Positions 16,889-23,212 of a stretch of DNA of 32,000 nucleotides are shown here, in pieces. The DNA is taken from positions 5,787-37,786 of the forward strand of contig CAIPNM010000371.1 in NCBI GenBank assembly GCA_903866395.1, written 5' to 3'. The stretch comes from an uncultured bacterium (GTDB taxonomy: Bacteria; Pseudomonadota; Gammaproteobacteria; Burkholderiales; Burkholderiaceae_E). The position numbers were made by a program, and so were the translations under genes. Every line of letters begins with the position of its first letter. The stretch's first letter is position 1. The notes below the pieces were generated by a model that saw nothing but the letters and a program-made list of their open reading frames with translations, was not told the origin of the DNA and did not search any database.

Positions 16889-17917
16889 TTAACCGCCGAG
16901 ATGGCGCGCGACATCGGCGTGAAGTTGCAGCCAGCGGCCCACCGACTCGGCGGGCCGCCGCCCCAGCCCGCATTCGCAGGCAATGCCGAAGGCCGGCGCG
17001 AACGGCCGCGCGGCGTGAATTCGCTCGAGCGCACCCTCGACGCCATCGTCCAGATGCAGAAGCCCCAGAAACAGCTCGCTCCTGGGCGCAAGGCCCAGAC
17101 CGCCGAGCGGGGCGAAATAATTTGAGTCAGTCCGGTTCTGGGGCACCGGTAGATGAAGAAAGTCCAGGCGTCGTGTTGTCCGCGCAATCAGCCCGTTGGC
17201 CACGGCCACCAGGTTTGCCGTGTCCACGGGCTCTTTCCAGTGCCGGTTGTTCATGCTGCCATAGCAGAGATGAAGCCCGAGTTCCACCCCGGCGGGAACC
17301 GCGTTCAGCAGTCTGGCGACGCTGTCGAGTACGCCGCTTTCAATGTCGTTGAAGGGGGCGGGATAGACCCGCTCCCACCAACTCATTTCGGTAGCAACGT
17401 CCCACTGAATGCACAGTGACTCGGATGGAATGACCTCGCAGAGCGCGGCCAGTTCGGCCAGTAGCGCGGCTTCGTAAATCGGGTGAATCTCACGCTGCCA
17501 GTGGTAGCTGATGAAGGAATAGACCGGTGCCCAGGCGGTTGGGAGCGCAACCTGCAGACGCGTGTCCGGAGCGAGGGTGCCGCGGGCCTTGAGCTCCTGA
17601 AAGACCCGCCAGGAGTCGATAGCTTCGGCCGCGAACCCGAGCGGGCCGAAGCGTACGTCGGAGGGTTGCGCGCCGGGGCGCAGCGTGAACGGCGGGAACA
17701 GTTGATAGTCGCGTTCGCGTGCGCTGGATTCGACCAGCGCAGCAACCGCTCCAAATACGGCGCGCTGCCAGGCGATCCAGTTACTGCGGCGACCGGTCTC
17801 GCCGTCTGGCAGGCGCCGCGCGCTGCGTCCCAGTGTTTGCGCGGCCGCCTGAAAAACGGTCGCCGAATCCCTGAGCGGCACGCTGCCCACCAGCAGCGTG
17901 GCTACGCCGGTGGACAT
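16889..17917 (-). CDS. Short MetE-like / UROD-superfamily TIM-barrel protein, putative Zn-dependent alkyl- or methyltransferase (function unknown)
   Basis: The 342-aa product shows the block order of the catalytic domain of cobalamin-independent methionine synthase. The blocks are LLVGSVPLR (cf. GSFPR), CIQWDVATE (cf. IQIDEPA), LHLCYGS (His-x-Cys zinc ligands), LFLGLLHLDD (cf. LGVVD) and ACECGLGR (C-terminal Cys ligand, cf. DCGL). Its start overlaps the upstream gene's stop by 1 nt (TGATG). Confidence 0.55.
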   Translation of the reverse strand: MSTGVATLLVGSVPLRDSATVFQAAAQTLGRSARRLPDGETGRRSNWIAWQRAVFGAVAALVESSARERDYQLFPPFTLRPGAQPSDVRFGPLGFAAEAIDSWRVFQELKARGTLAPDTRLQVALPTAWAPVYSFISYHWQREIHPIYEAALLAELAALCEVIPSESLCIQWDVATEMSWWERVYPAPFNDIESGVLDSVARLLNAVPAGVELGLHLCYGSMNNRHWKEPVDTANLVAVANGLIARTTRRLDFLHLPVPQNRTDSNYFAPLGGLGLAPRSELFLGLLHLDDGVEGALERIHAARPFAPAFGIACECGLGRRPAESVGRWLQLHADVARHLGG

Positions 17918-18912
17918 CAGCGGCCGACGAACTGGTTGGTGAACAGTTCAGCGACCGGTGTTTCCTTGGGAACAATGCCCTGAGACACGTAAAACTTCTG
18001 AATGGCGGAGAGCTTCTCGGCGTTGATCGCGCCGAGCGGGCCCGCGCCCTGGTAGGTGTACTCGGTGTACTGGCTGAACACATCTTCAAGGAACGCTTCG
18101 CGGCCTTTGAAGGTGGGCGAGCCGGCAATGAAATCAGGCACCACCGCCTTCGGGTCTTTCATGATGTCGGCAAGCCCGGCGAGTGTGGCGCGAACCAGTT
18201 TCTGGATGAGCTCGGGCCGCTTGGCGATCATGTCGTCGGAGGCAAGGATGGCCTGCGTGGTGGTGGGGATGAACTGGTCGGAGGCCACCGTGGTGACCTT
18301 GGCGCCAGCGCCACGGGCGCTGATCGCAAAATCGACCGGGCCCGCAAACGCCTGAGCCTTGCCGGTGGCGGGCTGCTGCCAGACGCCCACCGGGCCAGCC
18401 GCCTGCACCTCGACATCATTCTTGGTGAGTCCCGCCGACGCCAGCACACCCAGGAGCACGTAGTAGGACGTGTCCTGATAAGACATGACGGTGATGGTGC
18501 GGCCCTTGAGATCGGCCACTTTCTTGATGCCCGCGGTATCGAGAACATGAAGGTGATGGAGCGCGCGGCCACCGATCAGGGCGACAGCTTTGACTGGCAC
18601 GCCTTGGGCGCGAACGATGATGGGCGTGTCGCCGATTCCGCCGCCGATGGGCGCATTGCCCGCGCCGACCTGCTTGGCTACATCGACCCCGCCCTTGGCG
18701 ACCAGGAAGTTCACCTTCAGGCCTTCGCGGGCGTAGTAGCCGCGCTGCTGCGCGAGCACCCAGGGCGCAAACGCCGGCAGGGTGGGCGGGGCAGGCAACA
18801 GGTAGGCCACCTCTTCCAACTTTTGCGGGGCTTGCGCCTGCGCTGCAGTACAGGGGATGAGGGTGGCGGCAGAAAGGGAAAGGGCCGCGAGGGTGCCGGC
18901 GATACGGTTCAT
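17917..18912 (-). CDS. NMT1/THI5-like (NitT/TauT/SsuA-type) periplasmic substrate-binding protein, no cognate permease or ATPase nearby
   Basis: The signal peptide is MNRIAGTLAALSLSAATLIPCTAAQAQA. A two-lobe SBP pattern follows (PWVLAQQRGYYAREGLKVNF...GGVDVAKQVGAGNAPIGG...IKKVADLKGRTITV...LASAGLTKNDVEV). SD AGGAGGAG lies upstream. Confidence 0.75.
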   Translation of the reverse strand: MNRIAGTLAALSLSAATLIPCTAAQAQAPQKLEEVAYLLPAPPTLPAFAPWVLAQQRGYYAREGLKVNFLVAKGGVDVAKQVGAGNAPIGGGIGDTPIIVRAQGVPVKAVALIGGRALHHLHVLDTAGIKKVADLKGRTITVMSYQDTSYYVLLGVLASAGLTKNDVEVQAAGPVGVWQQPATGKAQAFAGPVDFAISARGAGAKVTTVASDQFIPTTTQAILASDDMIAKRPELIQKLVRATLAGLADIMKDPKAVVPDFIAGSPTFKGREAFLEDVFSQYTEYTYQGAGPLGAINAEKLSAIQKFYVSQGIVPKETPVAELFTNQFVGR

Positions 18913-18939
18913 GAGCTCCTCCTGACGGGGTGGACGCTT

Positions 18940-18955
18940 GCGCCGGGACCGGCGC
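18940..18955. promoter_or_regulatory. GC-rich inverted repeat in the divergent intergenic region (candidate operator or 5'-UTR hairpin)
   Basis: GCGCCGG-GA-CCGGCGC forms 7-bp arms. It lies in the 107-bp spacer between the minus-strand SBP operon and the plus-strand Rieske operon. No convincing -35/-10 pair could be placed by eye. Confidence 0.2.
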
Positions 18956-19019
18956 CGCGCGTGTGTTTTAGTGAGTCACATAGTAGCATCGGCCTGTCAT
19001 TTTTCAGCAGGGGACGGGG

Positions 19020-19379
19020 ATGAATCCAAGCGGCGAAACCATCATGCTTACCGTGTTCCTTCGGCATGATCAGTCGCAGAACCTCGACCAGATTCAGCGC
19101 ACACTTGCCGAGCGCAACTGGTGGGATCGGTTTCCGCCAGCAGGCGTCGACATCGTGTCGTGGAATGTGGTGATGGGGATTGGTCAGATCGTTACCCTGC
19201 GCCTGCCGCCCGACAAACTAGCGATGGTCAATGTCGAACTGGAGCGCTCGGCGTGGGGGGTGTTCACCACCGAATTTTTTCCCACCTACGATTTTGTGCC
19301 CGTGCGTGAGCGGATCCGCGCGCGCGCTCATGCTGGCGAATGGTCGGCGCCGTCGCCCCAGTCCGGAGAGCAGCCATGA
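19020..19379 (+). CDS. Small cytoplasmic protein of unknown function (possibly DUF3303-like alpha+beta fold)
   Basis: The 119-aa ORF has strong GC3 bias and GGGGA just upstream of its ATG. The pattern RFPPAGVDIVSWNVV...(15)...W...TEFFPTYDF recalls the DUF3303 skeleton (P-x-G-[VL]-x2-x-SW ... W ... P-V). That comparison is from memory and weak. An alternative start is ATG 19044. Confidence 0.6.
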   Translation: MNPSGETIMLTVFLRHDQSQNLDQIQRTLAERNWWDRFPPAGVDIVSWNVVMGIGQIVTLRLPPDKLAMVNVELERSAWGVFTTEFFPTYDFVPVRERIRARAHAGEWSAPSPQSGEQP

Positions 19380-19618
19380 ATCCGTTCGGCGATCGCAGGT
19401 TTCCCGAGCCCTGGATGCAGCCGCACCAGGCCCGCCGGGCTCCGCCAACCGATGATGAGAACGCACTGGCCGCATCCATCGAGGCTGCGTTTGCGGCGGG
19501 GGTGTGGGATCTTGCAGGCTTGGTCGCGCGCTTGAACGCCGATGGTCTGCGCACGCCGGCCGGCGAGCCCTGGACCGAGGCGCGCTACCGCGATGTCATG
19601 GCCCGACTGGGTCGCTGA
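19376..19618 (+). CDS. Small protein with a recombinase-domain-like helix-turn-helix segment (function unknown)
   Basis: The 80-aa ORF starts in an ATGA overlap with the upstream stop and has strong GC3 bias. The C-terminal LAGLVARLNADGLRTPAGEPWTEARYRDVMARLG resembles the Ln-x2-Gi-x-T-x2-G-x2-W-x5-V-x2-iL segment of serine-recombinase 'recombinase' domains. No catalytic recombinase domain is present. Confidence 0.6.
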   Translation: MNPFGDRRFPEPWMQPHQARRAPPTDDENALAASIEAAFAAGVWDLAGLVARLNADGLRTPAGEPWTEARYRDVMARLGR

Positions 19619-19625
19619 GGGACAC

Positions 19626-20696
19626 ATGCCCACCGATCCCACCGATCAAGAGATCGAGACCCTGCTTCGTATGGGGCTGCGTAACCGCTGGCATCCGCTT
19701 TGTCCGTCGCATTTTGTGACCGATCGACCCGTGTCGCTGTATCGGCTCGGGCTCAAGCTCGTGCTGTGGCGCGACGCTTCAGGAACAGTTTGCGTGCAGG
19801 ATGATCACTGCCCGCATCGCGGCGCGCCGCTCTCCCTAGGGCGTCACCTGGGCGACCGGCTCGCGTGTGCCTATCATGGCGTGGAGGTGTCCACAACCGG
19901 CAAGGTGCTGTCGGTGCCGGGCAGTCCAGGCTGCAGGCTTGAAGGGCAGATGGCAGTTCGCACCTATCCTGCGCGCGAACTGAAAGGGGCAATCTTTGCC
20001 TACGTGGGCGATTCGCTTCATCCGGAACCGTGTGCGTTCGAGCCGCCGGAGCAGCTGGCCTCCGACGAATACGAAGCATTTCTCTGCTACGCCGAATGGC
20101 GAACCGCTTACCGCTATCTGATCGACAACAATCTCGATCCCATGCACGGCAGCTTTCTGCATCGGCAGTCACATTCCATGGCGGTGGGCGATGTCCGCGC
20201 AAATTTTCAGGTGCGCGATACCGCGAGCGGGTTTCGCTTCGAGAAGGTCACGCAGCGTGATGTGAATTTCGACTGGAGCGAGTGGTGTGACACCGGTGCC
20301 CTCTACGCGCGGCTGGAAATCCCCTATCCCAGATCGGGCGGACCCGGCGGCAACTTCGGCATCATCTTCATGTCCACGCCTATCTCCGACACGCTCTGCG
20401 CAAACTTCTTCTGGCGTAATCGCCGCGTGCAGGGTTGGGAGCGTGACACCTGGCGTTTTCTTTACCGGAACCGGCTCGAGGCCCGGCACTGGCAGGTGCT
20501 TGAGCAGGATCGTGCAATGCTCGAGGCCGTTGAACCCGATGCTAACCAGAACGAGTGCTTCTACGACCATGATGTGGGGGTTGCGCGCGTGCGCCGCTGG
20601 ATGCGGGAACGCGCAATTGAACAGCTGCGGGCGCTGAACGCGGCTGGTGCGCGCAAGCCCTGGGAGCGACGCGCTGCCGCAGGAGTTTCAACATGA
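19626..20696 (+). CDS. Rieske [2Fe-2S] non-heme-iron oxygenase, alpha (catalytic) subunit, alpha-only (KshA/phthalate-family-like) type
   Basis: SD GAGGGA precedes ATG 19626. The Rieske motif is CPHRGAPLSLGRHLGDRLACAYHG (C-x-H-x17-C-x2-H). The mononuclear iron motif is NNLDPMHGSFLHRQSH (D-x2-H-x4-H). No beta subunit, ferredoxin or reductase gene is in the window. Confidence 0.85.
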   Translation: MPTDPTDQEIETLLRMGLRNRWHPLCPSHFVTDRPVSLYRLGLKLVLWRDASGTVCVQDDHCPHRGAPLSLGRHLGDRLACAYHGVEVSTTGKVLSVPGSPGCRLEGQMAVRTYPARELKGAIFAYVGDSLHPEPCAFEPPEQLASDEYEAFLCYAEWRTAYRYLIDNNLDPMHGSFLHRQSHSMAVGDVRANFQVRDTASGFRFEKVTQRDVNFDWSEWCDTGALYARLEIPYPRSGGPGGNFGIIFMSTPISDTLCANFFWRNRRVQGWERDTWRFLYRNRLEARHWQVLEQDRAMLEAVEPDANQNECFYDHDVGVARVRRWMRERAIEQLRALNAAGARKPWERRAAAGVST

Positions 20697-21094
20697 CCCT
20701 TCGCAGAGTCACCTGTCCTGAGGTGCCCGAATCGGTAGCGCCTTTCTCGCAATGCCTGGTGGTCGACCGACAGGTGTTCCTGTCGGGGGTGACAGCGGCC
20801 GGGCCCGACGGGGAGATCCGCGGTGGCAGCGACATGGCGGCGCAAACGCGTGCCTGCCTGGAGAAAATCAGCCATTTATTGCGGGCGGCGGACTCGGATC
20901 TGAGTGATGTGGTGAAGCTCACGATTTACACCACAGACATCTCGCGCCGCGTCGAAATTTCCGCTGCGCGCCGCGAGCTTCTTCGCGAGCCTTTTCCGTG
21001 TTCTACGCTGGTGGAGGTGAAGGCGCTCGCTGCGCCCGGATTGCTGGTTGAAATCGATGCCACCGCGCTGATTGGCGCCTCGCGGGGAAGCTGA
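20693..21094 (+). CDS. YjgF/YER057c/UK114 (Rid) family protein lacking the canonical RidA arginine
   Basis: Its ATGA overlaps the oxygenase stop, and AGGAG lies 7 nt upstream. The family fold blocks are PFSQCLVVDRQVFLSGVTA, AQTRACLEKISHLL, VVKLTIYTTD and LLVEIDATA. The segment FPCSTLVEV aligns with E. coli RidA FPARSCVEV, so the deaminase Arg is replaced by Ser. Confidence 0.8.
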   Translation: MTLRRVTCPEVPESVAPFSQCLVVDRQVFLSGVTAAGPDGEIRGGSDMAAQTRACLEKISHLLRAADSDLSDVVKLTIYTTDISRRVEISAARRELLREPFPCSTLVEVKALAAPGLLVEIDATALIGASRGS

Positions 21095-21099
21095 CCGCC

Positions 21100-23085
21100 A
21101 TGACCCACTTGCCGCCCGACCTGCTGCGCTTTAAGGACCGTATCCTGTTTCTCTCAGAGGACCCGGACAAAGTCGCATTACAACTCGCCGGCCAGGCGCT
21201 CGCCCGTGAAGCGGCGGGCACGCTTCGCGACAACGTCTCCACTGACGAGATCACACCCGTGCCGGCCATGACCATATGGGACGACCGGCTGGGCCGTATC
21301 CCTTACACCGGCTTTAAGGCCGGGCAGCGCCTGCCGATCGGGCGCGATGCGATTCGCGACGCCGGTATCGAGGTGGTGGTGGCTGGCGCACGCTATGGCA
21401 AGGGGTCTTCGCGCGAGCATAGTCCGGCGGCCGAGCGGGCGGCAGGTGTTCGCCTGGTGATTGCCGAAAGCTTCGAGCGCATTTACAGGCAGAACGCTGA
21501 CAATATCGGTCTCCTCACCTCCACCGATTTCGGGCTGATTGAACGGATCCGTCGCGGTGAGCCGATCGCGCTTTCTGAACTGCTCGCTGACCGCGATCAG
21601 CTCGCAGCCGCCATTGTTCGCGCGGGCGGACTGATCGAGTTCGGTCAGCGCCATCTGCGCTCGGTGAGCCCGCAACCGATGGCGGCCTCGGGTGACGCTC
21701 CCCCTGCGCGGACGCTCTTCGAAAAAATCATCGAGCGCAATCTGCTTGCAACCCCGGTGAGCGCTCAGGCGGTGCATCCTGGCGCCGGGGTGTTTGTACA
21801 CGCCGACTGGCGCTTCATCATTGAGTACTACGCGGGCATGGCCATTCATATGCTGGAGCGCCGCTTTGGCAGCGCGCTCTCGCTTGTGGACCCTGAACGT
21901 ATCGTGATGTTCGAAGATCACACCTCCTATGCCGAGGAAAGCACGGTGCATGTTCGACTGGGGCTGCTCTCCCAGGTGCGCGAGATGTGCGAGGTGCAGC
22001 GCAATTTTGCCGAACGCCATCAGCTGAAGTTCTTTCGCACGCTGCCCGAAGACGAGGCGGCCGCCGATGAGGGTCGGCATGTGGCGGGTATTTCTCACGC
22101 TGTGATGTCTGAGCAGTTCGCGCTGCCCGGCCAGCTCATCGTGGGCACCGATTCGCATACGCCGCATAGCGGCGCGCTCGGGTGCGTGGCGATCGGTGTA
22201 GGCACGACCGATATGGCCAACGCCTTCGTCACCGGGGCGATCCGGCTCACCATTCCCGACACGATTCGGGTCGAATTCATGGGGCGTCTGCGACCCGGCG
22301 TCACGGCCAAGGACGCGGTGTTGCATCTGCTGTCGCAGCCGGCCATCCGGGCGGGTGGGGCGCTGGGCAAGGTGTTTGAATTCTGTGGTGAGGCGGTTCG
22401 GGCCATGGATACCGACGAACGGGCCACGCTCACCAACATGGTGGCCGAGCTCGGTGGACTCACTGGGCTGGTCGAGCCCGACGACGAAACCGTCCGCTAC
22501 CTGAAGGAGCGCCGCGGTATCGACTTCCAAATCGAAAGCTGGATGCGCAGTGACCCCGACGCGCCCGTTGCGGAGCATCTGCGGATCGATTGCGCCGAGC
22601 TCGGGCCGATGCTGGCGCGGCCCGGCGATCCGGGTAACGGCCTCGCAATGGCTGAATTGGCTGCACGGGTGCCGATCACCATCGCCTACGGGGGCTCGTG
22701 CACCGGCGGCAAGCGCGCCGATTTCGATCATTATTTTGCGGTGCTGCGCTGGGCCTTCGATCGCGGGCTCAAAGTGGCGCCTGGGGTGCAGCTCTTCCTG
22801 CAGTTCGGCACCACGGCCGTCCGCGACTATTGCATCGCCCGCGGTTACATGCCGGTGTTTGAATGGTCGGGCGCGAGGCTGTTGCAGCCTTCCTGCGGCG
22901 CCTGTGCCAACTGCGGCCCGGGTTCCTCGGTGAGTGCCGAGCAGGTGACCGTGAGCGCAATCAACCGCAATTTCCCTGGCCGTAGCGGGCCGGGTCAGGT
23001 GTGGCTCGCGAGCCCGCCCACGGTCATTGCGAGTGCAATCGCGGGCGAACTGATGTCGTTCGAGGGACTGCAGGCTCGTCACTGA
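21100..23085 (+). CDS. Aconitase-family hydro-lyase, single chain with the LeuD-like swivel domain N-terminal to the LeuC-like domains (order 4-1-2-3)
   Basis: Residues 1 to about 190 carry NVSTDEITP, GARYGKGSSREHSPAAERAAGVRLVIAESFERIYRQNADNIGL (small-subunit/swivel motifs). Residues from about 200 to 661 carry GTDSHTPHSGALGCVAIGVGTTDMA, GGSCTGGK, PSCGACANCGPG (three cluster Cys) and AINRNFPGRSG. All canonical catalytic motifs are intact. Confidence 0.85.
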   Translation: MTHLPPDLLRFKDRILFLSEDPDKVALQLAGQALAREAAGTLRDNVSTDEITPVPAMTIWDDRLGRIPYTGFKAGQRLPIGRDAIRDAGIEVVVAGARYGKGSSREHSPAAERAAGVRLVIAESFERIYRQNADNIGLLTSTDFGLIERIRRGEPIALSELLADRDQLAAAIVRAGGLIEFGQRHLRSVSPQPMAASGDAPPARTLFEKIIERNLLATPVSAQAVHPGAGVFVHADWRFIIEYYAGMAIHMLERRFGSALSLVDPERIVMFEDHTSYAEESTVHVRLGLLSQVREMCEVQRNFAERHQLKFFRTLPEDEAAADEGRHVAGISHAVMSEQFALPGQLIVGTDSHTPHSGALGCVAIGVGTTDMANAFVTGAIRLTIPDTIRVEFMGRLRPGVTAKDAVLHLLSQPAIRAGGALGKVFEFCGEAVRAMDTDERATLTNMVAELGGLTGLVEPDDETVRYLKERRGIDFQIESWMRSDPDAPVAEHLRIDCAELGPMLARPGDPGNGLAMAELAARVPITIAYGGSCTGGKRADFDHYFAVLRWAFDRGLKVAPGVQLFLQFGTTAVRDYCIARGYMPVFEWSGARLLQPSCGACANCGPGSSVSAEQVTVSAINRNFPGRSGPGQVWLASPPTVIASAIAGELMSFEGLQARH

Positions 23086-23212
23086 CCCACGCCGGGCCCC
23101 GGCGCCTGATGTCCCCGGAAGGTGAGCGGTTGAAGCTTGTTATGATCGTCCCGACCTACCGGTTTGGGGCCGCTCGGCCGCCTTCCTTTCATCCACTGTG
23201 ACCGGGTTAGCC

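Noticed and set aside
21178-23082. 634-aa minus-strand ORF, nearly as long as the aconitase-family gene it overlaps
   Set aside because: The plus-strand frame contains every aconitase-family signature (GTDSHT, GSCTGG, CGAC, NRNFPGR, GSSREH). The minus frame has none and is Arg/His/Gly/Ala-rich, so it is a shadow ORF.
23090-23146. GC hairpin CGCCG-GGCCC-CGGCG (23090-23104) and a TATGAT hexamer (23141-23146) upstream of czcC, considered as terminator and promoter
   Set aside because: The hairpin has no following U-tract. TATGAT has no acceptable -35 at 16-19 nt (the TTGAAG is only 5 nt away) and no MerR-type long-spacer partner. This is not enough to call either feature.
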